43,223 nt of DNA, from contig JAUVAX010000018.1 in the NCBI GenBank assembly GCA_030591685.1, positions 1 through 43,223 of the forward strand, given 5' to 3'. Each line of letters starts with the position of its first letter. Position 1 is the stretch's first letter. Of the stretch, positions 9,759-19,665 are shown one piece after another. The position numbers and the translations under genes were made by a program. The notes under the pieces are model-generated. The model ran no database searches and was not told where the DNA came from. It saw nothing but the letters and a program-made list of their open reading frames with translations. The stretch is from Pseudobdellovibrionaceae bacterium. GTDB taxonomy: Bacteria > Bdellovibrionota > Bdellovibrionia > Bdellovibrionales > UBA1609.

Positions 9759-10802
9759 ATGAAAAAATTAATAATTATATTTATCAGTTTTTTTTCAGTA
9801 AATATGTTAGCTAATGAAATAAATCCTCACACTGACATGTCACGATTAACTAATGAAACACTGCTACTAACAGTTGTTAAGGACATACATATTCCACCGC
9901 CATTGATGAGCTTATACAGTAGTCTCATTGCCTTTAGTAAGGGTAACATTATTAACAGTAGATTCTTAAGTGGCTTTGTTAGCTCATGGAGTAAAGATCA
10001 ACGTTGTGAGATCTTTATAAACACTCCCATGCTGACCCCTGGTGTTATTAAGAAAGGTACGGTTTATAAAGTCGTGATGGAGTATGGCGGCCCTTCTCAC
10101 ATCGTATTTAATGCAAAAACTGTTTCAAATAATAAGCAGGGGAGCACACTAGGCCGATTTGCAATTTTGTGCTCAAAAGGTGATATCGAAAACGCCAACT
10201 CCTGGTATACAGAGCATGTTAAAATCAAGTCTTATTACATTTATGAATTTATTAATGAGTTCGGCGGAAGCCTTATTTTATCCGGGAAAACCCTTAATAA
10301 GGACCAGTTTAACAGGTATTCAGATACAGCCGAAAATAATACCCAAGCTTACCCCGAATCAACCTCCCCTATGATTAGTGAGATCATTTTCAAAAAACGC
10401 TTACTTCTTCCTATACAGGAAGCCATCGGATTTAATCGCATTCATAATAACAAATATTTTTTTAGAAAGGGCTTGTATCTCGAGCGTGGTCCGGCCAAAG
10501 CTTATTATGATTTACCCCACGAACAAGAAGATATAATGTGTGCCATTATATTTAAGCGTAGTTTAGAAAAAGAATTAATTATTAAAAGTGGTTTTTCATT
10601 TAAACCCAAGCGTTCTTATATTATAGGAAGTTCTATTTTACTAGAAGGGGGCGGTTACGATGAGGAACCAAACTCAAAAATACAATACATTCGTTGTGAT
10701 AACTTAAGACGCGATGCCGGTAAAGGATTTCAAATGACCAAAGACCTTGTTACTCAGGCTTTTGGGGTGGACAGGGTGATTGTTCGAGGACCGGTCAAAT
10801 AA
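9759..10802 (+). CDS. Secreted hypothetical protein (347 aa), cargo between the direct repeats
   Basis: MKKLIIIFISFFSVNMLA signal peptide; no family recognised. Confidence 0.8.
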   Translation: MKKLIIIFISFFSVNMLANEINPHTDMSRLTNETLLLTVVKDIHIPPPLMSLYSSLIAFSKGNIINSRFLSGFVSSWSKDQRCEIFINTPMLTPGVIKKGTVYKVVMEYGGPSHIVFNAKTVSNNKQGSTLGRFAILCSKGDIENANSWYTEHVKIKSYYIYEFINEFGGSLILSGKTLNKDQFNRYSDTAENNTQAYPESTSPMISEIIFKKRLLLPIQEAIGFNRIHNNKYFFRKGLYLERGPAKAYYDLPHEQEDIMCAIIFKRSLEKELIIKSGFSFKPKRSYIIGSSILLEGGGYDEEPNSKIQYIRCDNLRRDAGKGFQMTKDLVTQAFGVDRVIVRGPVK

Positions 10803-10811
10803 AGTCGTAAA

Positions 10812-11064
10812 CACTTAAAACTGGGGCTATTGAAGAGTTTAAATAATACTTTGCTTACCTTTTAATGTAATCGATCACAGCGACGAGGCTTAACACCGAT
10901 GCAATAGCATAGCCCACAATACTTAAGATAGGCATATCCCCAGGTACTTTTGAAAGTGCTACTACAAGTGAGCTACTTAAAATCAAACTCCCAATAACAA
11001 GGCCCAAAAACAGTAAGCTTGATGAGTGGTTTAAGCTGCGCCTTAAGTCTTTTATTTCTTTAAT
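10812..11064. repeat. Diverged direct repeat, copy 2 (contains the functional ubiB 3' end)
   Basis: Aligns to 9357-9610, with 40 mismatches in the 201-nt ubiB-coding part (manual count). Confidence 0.95.
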
Positions 11065-12519
11065 ACTAATACTCATTGAATGATCAGGGCTGTTCCATTT
11101 ACGAAGCACTTGTTTAAGTTGCCGAGGCATACCGACAAGTAAATTATTTGTGTCTTTAGCTAAATAAGACAGGTCCTTTAAGAGTTTAGTTTTATCATAC
11201 TTAGCCCCAGCCACCTCTTTGGCAAAATCAAGGGCAAACTCTAGGGCGTCGAAATCTTTTTTTACCATTTTACCGAGGGCCTCGACGTTGACTACGGACT
11301 TAAAAAACATCACAAGCTCTGCTGGGAGCATAAGGTTATTGCGAGCCGCAATAGAGGTGGTCTGCATTAATAACCGGCCCGTATTAATATTATCTAGCGT
11401 TAGGCCATAAAAAGGCGCCACGAGGTCCCTTATTTGTCGTGATAAAATATCTACATCTACCGGGCCATTATAAGGTGATAGCTCTATGTATTCATAAGCA
11501 AAGCGTTCATAGTTTTCTGTTGCTAGGGCTATAAACATATTTGAAATTGAGTTTCTGGTTTTTGGGTTCAAGCGACCCACCTGCCCAAAATCAATAAGCC
11601 CTAATTGCCCCTCAGGGGTTACAAATAAATTACCCGGGTGCATATCCCCATGAAACAACCCGTCGGTAAAAACCATTTTAAAATAGCACTTTACCGCTGT
11701 GCTAATGAGTTTGTCTTTGTTGACATCTTTTTGTTCAAGGGCTCGTTTATTTGAAAGCGGCAGGCCCTCGAGCTGCTCCATAACTAAAACCTGCTCACCC
11801 GAGTGAGAGAGAAATACACTTGGTATTTTTATACCCTCAAAATCTTTAAAGTTTTTTTGAAATCTTTTTATATTATTGGCTTCAACGATAAAGTTTGTTT
11901 CAAGCTTTAGAGATTTAAAAAATTCATCGACAACACCTACGGGGTTATAAATATTAGCATCAGGCACGTATGCCGTAATAAGCTCTGCTAGTGCGTAGAG
12001 AACATTTAAGTCCTCAAAAATGATCTTTCTAATACCTGGCCTCTGTACTTTTACCACCACCGGCTCGCCAGTTCTTAAGGTCGCCTTATAAACCTGAGCA
12101 ATGCTGGCGGCCCCTATGGGGTCAGAGTTAAAGCTTGCAAAAATTTCTTCAAGGTCATCACCGTAGTGGTCCTCAACGACCTTTCTCATGAGTTTAAAAT
12201 CAACGGTGGTTACTTGATCTTGGAGTTTTTTAAATTCGTCACAAAACTCTATGGGTACTAAATCGGGTCGACCGGCCAAGAGTTGCCCTAGTTTTACAAA
12301 TGTAGGGCCCAGCTCCTCAAAGGCCATGCGTAGTCGCTCGGGGGTGGAGTGTTTGTTAACATCAATTTTAGTAAATTTATCGAGCACATATCGACCCATC
12401 GTGGCTCGCTCGGCGATGTTCTCAAAACCATGCCTGGCAAACACAGACAGGATCGTTTTAAAGCGTCCCACGCTTTTTATGGTGCTAAATGCTGACAGGT
12501 TTTTAGAGGCACGAATCAT
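10855..12519 (-). CDS. ubiB: UbiB/AarF/ABC1 atypical kinase family protein
   Basis: ELGPTFVKLGQ, AASIAQVY, VVVKVQRP, FHGDMHPGN and IDFG motifs; C-terminal TM helices. Confidence 0.9.
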   Translation of the reverse strand: MIRASKNLSAFSTIKSVGRFKTILSVFARHGFENIAERATMGRYVLDKFTKIDVNKHSTPERLRMAFEELGPTFVKLGQLLAGRPDLVPIEFCDEFKKLQDQVTTVDFKLMRKVVEDHYGDDLEEIFASFNSDPIGAASIAQVYKATLRTGEPVVVKVQRPGIRKIIFEDLNVLYALAELITAYVPDANIYNPVGVVDEFFKSLKLETNFIVEANNIKRFQKNFKDFEGIKIPSVFLSHSGEQVLVMEQLEGLPLSNKRALEQKDVNKDKLISTAVKCYFKMVFTDGLFHGDMHPGNLFVTPEGQLGLIDFGQVGRLNPKTRNSISNMFIALATENYERFAYEYIELSPYNGPVDVDILSRQIRDLVAPFYGLTLDNINTGRLLMQTTSIAARNNLMLPAELVMFFKSVVNVEALGKMVKKDFDALEFALDFAKEVAGAKYDKTKLLKDLSYLAKDTNNLLVGMPRQLKQVLRKWNSPDHSMSISIKEIKDLRRSLNHSSSLLFLGLVIGSLILSSSLVVALSKVPGDMPILSIVGYAIASVLSLVAVIDYIKR

Positions 12520-12526
12520 ACTTAAC

Positions 12527-12553
12527 TTATCGGTTTTTTTAAAAAAATTTTAA
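12527..12553 (-). promoter_or_regulatory. Putative sigma28 promoter; transcript probably leaderless
   Basis: Minus strand TAAA-N14-ACCGATAA ends 7 nt before the ATG; no Shine-Dalgarno. Confidence 0.55.
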
Positions 12554-12712
12554 AATTTGCGCCTCTAAAGCAACGACCCCGACTAGGCTTCAGGCCTGAC
12601 GATAAAAAATGAAAGCCCCGCAACGTCAGGCGACTCAATTGTTATAAAAAACAACTACAGCGGATTATGGTTTTATTTTTATTTTTTTTATAAGTCTAAA
12701 AGCTTTGCTTAT

Positions 12713-13252
12713 TTAAAAATCATCCCAATAGCGATGGTTTGAGTCCCATTCGCTATCATTATGCCTACCGGGGTTTTCACATATTGAAAAAGAGACCGGA
12801 GTCCATTTTTTATAGGTGTTTCTCCTTAATCGCGATGTAGATCGAGACCTTTTAATCATTAGCTTTTGATAGGCCAAAATTAAGTCCCCGCGAGTTGTCA
12901 TACGAAGGGTTACTTTTTTATCATCAGAACAAATGGGGCACTTAACAAGGCCCGAAAGGTCCCCTTGGTTCGTCTCGAGCTCTAAGAGCTCGTGAGGGCC
13001 TATGTTTTTGATCACATTGTTCGAGGGTGAGGGTTGAAAAATAAAACTAGGCTCCCAGTACTGTACGTACCTAAAGTGATTTCGAGCCGCATACAGCCCT
13101 GAGGAGCAGTGCCATAACTCACCCTCTTGTAGTGATTCACTTGTTGGCATTAGGGCCTCTTTGTACTGCCTTTCAAAAAGTTCGAAAGCCATAGGACTTG
13201 ATGCAAAAGTATTTAAGTTTAACGAGAATGCGATAAGTAAAATAATGTTCAT
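12713..13252 (-). CDS. Secreted hypothetical protein (179 aa)
   Basis: Signal-like N-terminus; G9 tract in RBS position. Confidence 0.7.
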   Translation of the reverse strand: MNIILLIAFSLNLNTFASSPMAFELFERQYKEALMPTSESLQEGELWHCSSGLYAARNHFRYVQYWEPSFIFQPSPSNNVIKNIGPHELLELETNQGDLSGLVKCPICSDDKKVTLRMTTRGDLILAYQKLMIKRSRSTSRLRRNTYKKWTPVSFSICENPGRHNDSEWDSNHRYWDDF

Positions 13253-13397
13253 AATCCCCCCCCCGGAGAGTATCTAAGGGGGAAACTACAAAAAAAAGGC
13301 CCTTAACTCAAGGCCCGGCGCCAAAATGGGTCTTTTTGCTTTGATTTTCTACATTCACCCCTGCCGCAGCAAGGGCTTAAGGCCATGCAACAACAAA

Positions 13398-13433
13398 CTT
13401 ACCCTTGACTTACACGTTTCTTACCGTTAACTT
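13398..13433 (+). promoter_or_regulatory. lexA sigma70-type promoter with three CTTAC direct repeats
   Basis: TTGACT(13405)-17 nt-TAACTT; CTTAC at 13398, 13409 and 13420. Confidence 0.6.
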
Positions 13434-13452
13434 GAAAAAAGGAGTCTCTTTT

Positions 13453-14160
13453 ATGAAAAGAAAGCCAAAACCGCTCACACCAAAAGAAAAGTCAGTTCTT
13501 GAGTTTATCGAGCACTATTTTGTTACAAATGGTTACGCGCCATCATTTACTGAAATTAAAGAACATTTTGGTTTTGCCTCTTTCAACTCTGTACAACGCT
13601 ACTTAAAACAACTGCAGGGCAAAAATTATATCCATATGCCTGGCGGTAATCAAAAAAGAGCGATCACCTTACTTGTAGCTTCAAACTTTTTTAAAAGCCA
13701 TTTAAAAGAGACTTCTAGCGATGTTGCTTACGCCCAACCCTTAGGCTCGAAAGAGGCTCACCCTGAAAAATCTGAGTCTCTTTCGATACCCTTTTTAGGG
13801 TCTGTAGCTGCTGGGGCGCCCTTAGAGGCCACTTTTGATAATGAAACCTTAGATGTCCCCGCCTCACTCGTTAAGTACCCTAGTAAAACCTTTGCCCTTA
13901 GTGTTGAGGGTGACTCTATGATCGAAGACGGAATTTTAAACGGTGATATTTTACTCGCCTCCGAGCAAAGTGTTGCCAACAATGGCGACATTGTCATTGC
14001 TGTTGTTGAAAACGAAGCCACTGTTAAGCGCCTTTACTATAAAAAGGGCGAAAAAATGCTCGAGCTGCGACCAGCCAACTCAAAAATGAAAACCCTTTAC
14101 TACGAAGCCGAGCAAGTCACAATTAAGGGCCTTGTCACTGGGCTTTTAAGGCAGTTTTAG
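13453..14160 (+). CDS. lexA: LexA repressor (start probably ATG 13453)
   Basis: N-terminal wHTH (GYAPSFTEI), VAAG cleavage site, GDSM catalytic Ser, ATVKR catalytic Lys; AAGGAG RBS. Confidence 0.93.
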   Translation: MKRKPKPLTPKEKSVLEFIEHYFVTNGYAPSFTEIKEHFGFASFNSVQRYLKQLQGKNYIHMPGGNQKRAITLLVASNFFKSHLKETSSDVAYAQPLGSKEAHPEKSESLSIPFLGSVAAGAPLEATFDNETLDVPASLVKYPSKTFALSVEGDSMIEDGILNGDILLASEQSVANNGDIVIAVVENEATVKRLYYKKGEKMLELRPANSKMKTLYYEAEQVTIKGLVTGLLRQF

Positions 14161-14266
14161 TAAAAAACTCTTTCTCATAGTCTCTTTTCATTCCTTGCGA
14201 AAAAAGCCCCCTTCTTATAAACTCTATTACATATTTTTTAATATAACTCTTAAGGACTCCATTTAA

Positions 14267-15085
14267 GTGAAACTCTCTGTTTATAAAATGCACGGCACGG
14301 GTAATGATTTTTTAATTTTTGATGCCCGCTCTGACCAAAACACACAAGACCTGTTAACTCACCTGAAGGCAAAGTCTAGGCCTGAGTTTGTTAAGAGCAT
14401 TTGCCACCGAAACTTCGGCATAGGGGCTGACGGCTTTATTTTTATTGAAAACTCTAAGGACTGTGATTTTAAATGGGATTTTTATAATGCCGACGGCTCT
14501 AGTGCCGAAATGTGTGGCAATGCGGCCAGGTGCGTGACTCTTTGGGCTTATACTTTTAAGTTAACCGGTAAAAGTTTATGTTTTGAAACTCTTTCGGGTA
14601 TCATTAAAGGGTCTGTCGAGTCTGACAGTAAAGTTATTATCGACATGACTTGCCCCACACAAAAAAACTTTGAGCAAAATATTGAGATTAACAACAAAAG
14701 TTACCAATATGATTTTATAAACTCAGGGGTCCCCCATGTGGTCATCACCTTACCTAGTATTGAGCCCTCACCGGACCTTATAAGTATTTGTCGCAGCCTT
14801 CGGGCGCATGAAACATTTAAACCTGAAGGTGCAAATATCACTCTAGTAAAAGAGGTTAAAGCGGGAGTCATTGAGTCGGTCAGTTTTGAGCGCGGGGTTG
14901 AGGGCTTCACCCTAGCTTGTGGTACCGGTGCTGTCGCTGCCGCCATTAGCTATCAGCACACTCACTCAGGGCTCAGTACAGTTCAGGTAAATGTACCTGG
15001 CGGAGGGCTCAGTGTTGACCTAAGCCACTCACACCCAACTCTTATTGGCCCCGCAAAATTTATAATGAAAGCTCAACTCATATAA
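14267..15085 (+). CDS. dapF: Diaminopimelate epimerase
   Basis: KMHGTGNDF, GIGADG, NADGSSAEMCGNAARC, GVPH and ERGV..TLACGTGA motifs. Confidence 0.95.
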   Translation: MKLSVYKMHGTGNDFLIFDARSDQNTQDLLTHLKAKSRPEFVKSICHRNFGIGADGFIFIENSKDCDFKWDFYNADGSSAEMCGNAARCVTLWAYTFKLTGKSLCFETLSGIIKGSVESDSKVIIDMTCPTQKNFEQNIEINNKSYQYDFINSGVPHVVITLPSIEPSPDLISICRSLRAHETFKPEGANITLVKEVKAGVIESVSFERGVEGFTLACGTGAVAAAISYQHTHSGLSTVQVNVPGGGLSVDLSHSHPTLIGPAKFIMKAQLI

Positions 15086-15096
15086 GGATTTAAAAC

Positions 15097-16206
15097 ATGT
15101 CTACAGAAATTATGCACGAACTCACCGTTATTGAAAAAACACAAGAGACCTCTGATACAGCCACTTTTACGCTACAAATCCCTGCCGATAAGAAAACTCT
15201 TTTTTACTATAAGCCCGGGCAGTTTTTAACTGTCTTTATGACCATTGACAATAAATCTGTAGCCCGTAGCTACTCGTTTTCGTCATGCCCTATGGGCGAC
15301 CCCCACTTAAGCATAACGGTTAAAAGAGTCCCCGGGGGGATTGGGTCTAATTACTTGCTCGACCATGTACATAGTGGCGGCAAGCTGCTTGTGTCCCCTC
15401 CGGCGGGTCATTTTTTTAATATGGGGCAATCAGCTGAAGACGAGCTTGAGTACTATTTATTTGCCGCCGGCAGTGGTGTCACCCCGCTGTTTTCAGTTAT
15501 TAAATGGACCTTGCCGAGCTTACCAAAGCATAAAATTCATTTAATTTATTCTAATAAAACTCACGACTCTACAATTTTTTTAAATTCACTCAAGGACCTT
15601 GAAAAAAAATACCCCCAACTTAAAGTCACTTATTTTTACTCTCAACTTGAAGAGCCCCATCAAAGACTAACGGCTGATAACCTTAAACAAATACTCTCAG
15701 AGGCCTTTAGTACCCCTACAAAAAAATCATTTTACCTTTGTGGCCCCGAGGCCTATATGCAAACCATCGAAAACGAATTAAACACACACGATGTTGACCC
15801 TGCCTGGGTCCATAAAGAGAGCTTTTTTGCCCCCGAGGGTCAAGGCGAGGGTTTTAAAAGTAAGGCCCAAGAAAAGGGCATTTACATTGAGACGTTACCG
15901 GACGGTTTTAAACCCGAGGCCTGCGAGCAAATCACTGCCGACATTGATGGCGAGACTATCGTTGTTGACCTTAAAAATGAAACCGAAGAATCTATACTTG
16001 AGACCCTACTCGATGCCGGGCACACACCGCCTTTTTCATGTATGAGCGGCTCTTGCCAGGTCTGTATGTGTACACTTATTGAAGGCGAAGTCTTTCAAGA
16101 AAACGAGGGCGTACTTACTCAAGAGGATATTGATGATAAAAAGTTTCTCGCCTGCCAGGCCAAGGCTGTCTCTAAAAAATTAAAAATAGTTTTTGACGAG
16201 GATTAG
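15097..16206 (+). CDS. FAD/NAD-binding oxidoreductase with C-terminal 2Fe-2S ferredoxin (PaaE-like)
   Basis: RSYS, AAGSGVTP, YLCGP and C-x4-C-x2-C..C motifs. Confidence 0.88.
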   Translation: MSTEIMHELTVIEKTQETSDTATFTLQIPADKKTLFYYKPGQFLTVFMTIDNKSVARSYSFSSCPMGDPHLSITVKRVPGGIGSNYLLDHVHSGGKLLVSPPAGHFFNMGQSAEDELEYYLFAAGSGVTPLFSVIKWTLPSLPKHKIHLIYSNKTHDSTIFLNSLKDLEKKYPQLKVTYFYSQLEEPHQRLTADNLKQILSEAFSTPTKKSFYLCGPEAYMQTIENELNTHDVDPAWVHKESFFAPEGQGEGFKSKAQEKGIYIETLPDGFKPEACEQITADIDGETIVVDLKNETEESILETLLDAGHTPPFSCMSGSCQVCMCTLIEGEVFQENEGVLTQEDIDDKKFLACQAKAVSKKLKIVFDED

Positions 16207-16215
16207 ATTTGTTTT

Positions 16216-16692
16216 TTAAAGCCTCTGGTTGTCCTCAGTATCCGCGTGCTCCCATATACAATGGTGCTCTTCTTCGCAACGTTTACAGTGATGTGAGTTT
16301 AATATATGCCCCCTGACTAAGCTCACGCTCCCCAGAGTAACAAGTATAAACTCCCAGTGATGCCCTAAAAAATTATGGGCAAAAATTGTACCTAGAACAA
16401 CAAGGCCTAAACCCACACCTAGCCAAATCAGCGGCTGAAACTGCCCATGAACTTTAAACCCCGAATATACAGCAAAAGCCGTTGCCGGCAGTAAAAACGC
16501 CATTAAAGCAAAGTGAGTATTGTCCTCACTCAAGCCTAAAAAACTCGCCACAGCCGGAAAGGCGATAATCACTACTGGTAATAAAATACAGTGAACAATG
16601 CAAAGGCTTGATACCAAAACACCAAGCTTATCCCAAAACCTTATTGATTTTTTGGGGCTAATTATAGAAGGATTGTTTTTATCTAAACCCAT
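16216..16692 (-). CDS. MerC-domain membrane protein with His/Cys-rich tail (start 16692 or 16704)
   Basis: DKLG..SSLCIVHC motif, four TM segments, HHCKRCEEEHHC tail. Confidence 0.8.
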   Translation of the reverse strand: MGLDKNNPSIISPKKSIRFWDKLGVLVSSLCIVHCILLPVVIIAFPAVASFLGLSEDNTHFALMAFLLPATAFAVYSGFKVHGQFQPLIWLGVGLGLVVLGTIFAHNFLGHHWEFILVTLGSVSLVRGHILNSHHCKRCEEEHHCIWEHADTEDNQRL

Positions 16693-16749
16693 GAAACCTC
16701 TCATAAGTTACGCATACTGTCGTAAGTCATGGGCCGGGTCAACTTTTCT

Positions 16750-17436
16750 TCACCGTATGTTTTGAAAAAACTTTTTGAGCTGCATTATAATAGATTGAGG
16801 GATCTCGTGCCCCCCCTTAAACCCGGCCCAGTGCCCATGCAGGCCGCTTTCTGAAAGCATTTCATTTAAATCCTCGGCCCCACTAAACGGTAGTACTGCG
16901 TCTTGCTGACCATGACTTTGAAAAAATACCATGCCTTCGCAACTGGGGGCGCTTTTTCTCCATCCGGCCTCATCTATAAAAGTGCCGGAGAGTATAACAA
17001 GCGCCTCTGGCTTATCAGGTGCTGATAAGGTGAGCTCTGTTGTCATCATGGCCCCTTGACTAAAACCACCCACAATTAAAGTGTCATACTCTTCTCGTAA
17101 TTTTTCGTATAAGGGTCGAAGTTTTTTTTGAGCCCCATCAAGCCCCTCAGGCCTGCTAGATTTGAAATCTCTAAACTCACCCCTTTGCATAGCACGCTCC
17201 ATGGCCATGATATCTATATGAAACCAGGCTCTCCCCCCCATGGGGAGCTGTATAGCTGCATTTGGAAAGTACCAATCCATCTGTAAGCCTGAGCCTATAG
17301 CATCAGCCAATGGGGCAAGGTCATTATTATCAGCGCCAAAGCCATGTAAAATTAGGCAAGCCGCTTTAGCTTTATTTTTAGATTTTTTAACAACTGTTTG
17401 TAATCCACAGATATTCTCAACCACAACAACACCCAC
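16750..17436 (-). CDS. Phospholipase/carboxylesterase (alpha/beta hydrolase)
   Basis: LHGFGA, GFSQG nucleophile elbow, HGQQD and GGHEI motifs. Confidence 0.88.
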   Translation of the reverse strand: MGVVVVENICGLQTVVKKSKNKAKAACLILHGFGADNNDLAPLADAIGSGLQMDWYFPNAAIQLPMGGRAWFHIDIMAMERAMQRGEFRDFKSSRPEGLDGAQKKLRPLYEKLREEYDTLIVGGFSQGAMMTTELTLSAPDKPEALVILSGTFIDEAGWRKSAPSCEGMVFFQSHGQQDAVLPFSGAEDLNEMLSESGLHGHWAGFKGGHEIPQSIIMQLKKFFQNIR

Positions 17437-17521
17437 CTTTTAATTAAGGCTATAATTTTATTAAACAAATGTAACGCAAAACAACTAGCCCACATACGCC
17501 CATTAAGTCTACTATCATCTT

Positions 17522-17986
17522 ATGAAAAAGGTTTTATTTGTTTGTTTAGGTAATATTTGTCGCTCTCCGGCGGCCGAAGCTATATTTACTCAGCTCATTG
17601 AAAAAAACAACCTCACAGGCCAGGTCAGCTGTGACTCTGCGGGCACTTCACATATTCATGAAGGCACCCCCTCTGATCGCCGCATGACTGAACATGCGAA
17701 ACTGCGTAATTATGATATCACCAGCACCTCTAGACACTTTAACCCCCAGAGTGATTTTGAAACCTTTGACCTTATAATTACCATGGATAACCGCAATCAC
17801 AGCGACCTGTTTAATGTTGAGTTCTCTGAGGCGTATCACCATAAAATAAAAAAAATGACCGACTATTGCCAAAACCACGACGTCACACAAGTACCGGACC
17901 CCTATATAGGCGGCCCCCAGGGCTTCGAATTAGTTTTAAATATCCTCGAAGACGCTTGTGGTGAGCTTATAAAAACCTTTCGTTAA
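17522..17986 (+). CDS. Low-molecular-weight protein tyrosine phosphatase
   Basis: VLFVCLGNICRSP P-loop, DSAGT and PDPY motifs. Confidence 0.95.
   Translation: MKKVLFVCLGNICRSPAAEAIFTQLIEKNNLTGQVSCDSAGTSHIHEGTPSDRRMTEHAKLRNYDITSTSRHFNPQSDFETFDLIITMDNRNHSDLFNVEFSEAYHHKIKKMTDYCQNHDVTQVPDPYIGGPQGFELVLNILEDACGELIKTFR
17864..17986. repeat. 123-bp direct repeat, copy 1 (LMW-PTP 3' end; partner 20938-21060)
   Basis: Ungapped alignment with 8 mismatches. Confidence 0.95.
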
Positions 17987-18084
17987 GTGTCGCAATAGAA
18001 ACTTGAATTCAGCCTGGCACCTGAATGAAAAGTGGTTTTAAATACATGATGATCTGTTTGTTCATCTGAATTTGGGAATAGCGT

Positions 18085-18828
18085 ATGCTGTTAAAAGTTA
18101 TTTTTGGGTTATTGTTACTTTGTATTGATGCGTTTGCTGGTGAGCAATGTTTAGTTGGTGACCATTGGGTTGAATCTCATCATCGCCGGGCTTATGTAAG
18201 GTATGATGCTGTTCCCGTGAGGTCCACTACAGTGAACGGTCATTGCCGCAAGACCCCCCGTGGCTACGAAACATGGCATAGTAGGTTATCAAATGGTCGC
18301 CCAGGAATATGGGGCTATACGAGAGAGAAATCTAAAAAATGGTCCGTAGAAGAAACAGAACGATTTTTATCGGCAATTTCTGTTTTGCCAGATAAATTGG
18401 CTCACCTTAAGGGCGTATTTGTTTATCGAATGAAAGCGTCGAAAGATTTAGCAAACCCTGCAACCAGCAACGGAAGAGACATTGTATTGTACGACTTGGC
18501 CTTTCAGCATAAGGATTCATTGTCACAGATTATATCCCATGAATTATCTCACATCGTCTACAGGAAAACAGGGGTAGTTGATTTAGACAGGTTTAAGCGT
18601 TTGGCCGGCTGGAAACAGCTTAGCAAAGGCTCTAGCGTTTATACAGCGACCAAGAGGAAGATATTTATTCAGGAGGATAGTAGAGCCTCAATACCTGAGG
18701 ACTTCTCGAATCATTTAGAGCATTACCTATTTAAGAATGATTCACTGAAAGCTGAATCTCCATATGCATATAAATGGATTCAAAAAGAATTTGGTCTGAA
18801 ATTTAAATTCCAAGAGGAGGGGAAATGA
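18085..18828 (+). CDS. Secreted putative zinc metallopeptidase
   Basis: Signal peptide; HELSH (HEXXH) motif with a downstream EDFSNH. Confidence 0.7.
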   Translation: MLLKVIFGLLLLCIDAFAGEQCLVGDHWVESHHRRAYVRYDAVPVRSTTVNGHCRKTPRGYETWHSRLSNGRPGIWGYTREKSKKWSVEETERFLSAISVLPDKLAHLKGVFVYRMKASKDLANPATSNGRDIVLYDLAFQHKDSLSQIISHELSHIVYRKTGVVDLDRFKRLAGWKQLSKGSSVYTATKRKIFIQEDSRASIPEDFSNHLEHYLFKNDSLKAESPYAYKWIQKEFGLKFKFQEEGK

Positions 18829-19496
18829 GAATTGTTTCAAGTGTCTTGATAAGTTTTTTTGTTGCAGGGTGCGTAACATTATTCAATAAAAGTAAATCAG
18901 AGTTCACTGTTGATGAGCTTTTAAAGCTAAAAATTAGCGTTGATACTAGTGAAGTCATCAAGAAACGATTGGGCAACCCTCACGAGAAAATATTTTACTC
19001 TAGTCAGGTTAAGGGAGGGGAGAAATCAGAGAAGTGGATTTATATTTTCGAGAAGACGCCTAAATTATGGTTATTTTTCAAGGGGGGCATATTGGAGCAC
19101 GCATCCTTGGGAGTATGGGATAGAGATAATGTTTCCTCTGTAGGAGGTTTATTGTCTCAGTTAGAAGGTCAGACTTGGTCTATAGTAAAGGAACCAGTAA
19201 GAAATCCTCATTCTATGCCTAATATGTGTATGCTGGTGAGTGAAAGACTTGGCATCAATGTAAAAGTTAACAGTATGATGAGGAGAGTGGATGAAATAAA
19301 TCTATGGAACCCTAGTATTAAAAGGAAAATAAAGTGGTTTGATGATTCGGTACCAGAATTTTGCATTGCCAACCACTGCTCAAATGTGACTGACCCTAAT
19401 GCGTGGGAACATAATCACTGTGAATGGCTAGAGGAAATAGTGGCTAGACAAACAGTGGGTGTAGGCAAAAATCCGGCAACCAGGGTGTCGAATTAA
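18825..19496 (+). CDS. Lipoprotein, translationally coupled to the peptidase
   Basis: VAGC lipobox; ATGA overlap; EVIKKRLGNP resembles a BamE/SmpA-like motif. Confidence 0.75.
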   Translation: MRIVSSVLISFFVAGCVTLFNKSKSEFTVDELLKLKISVDTSEVIKKRLGNPHEKIFYSSQVKGGEKSEKWIYIFEKTPKLWLFFKGGILEHASLGVWDRDNVSSVGGLLSQLEGQTWSIVKEPVRNPHSMPNMCMLVSERLGINVKVNSMMRRVDEINLWNPSIKRKIKWFDDSVPEFCIANHCSNVTDPNAWEHNHCEWLEEIVARQTVGVGKNPATRVSN

Positions 19497-19665
19497 AAAC
19501 TTTTATTGGCCTAAATGTGATAAATTCTTTTATCGTTATAGTTTTCCCAGGCACGATTAACATTGGAGTGTCCCATTCAAATAGAGATGTTTTAGATGAG
19601 AGGCCTCTGGAGAGCATCAGATCAAAAAAACATTGTAAGCATGTGATACTATTAAATAAATTAGC

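Noticed and set aside
12594..12631. Inverted repeat GCCTGACG..CGTCAGGC between ubiB and the 179-aa gene
   Set aside because: An 8-bp stem with a 22-nt loop and a single copy; no basis for an RNA or mobile-element call.
13405..13452. Longer lexA start at TTG 13405
   Set aside because: This TTG is the -35 hexamer; ATG 13453 has a proper RBS.
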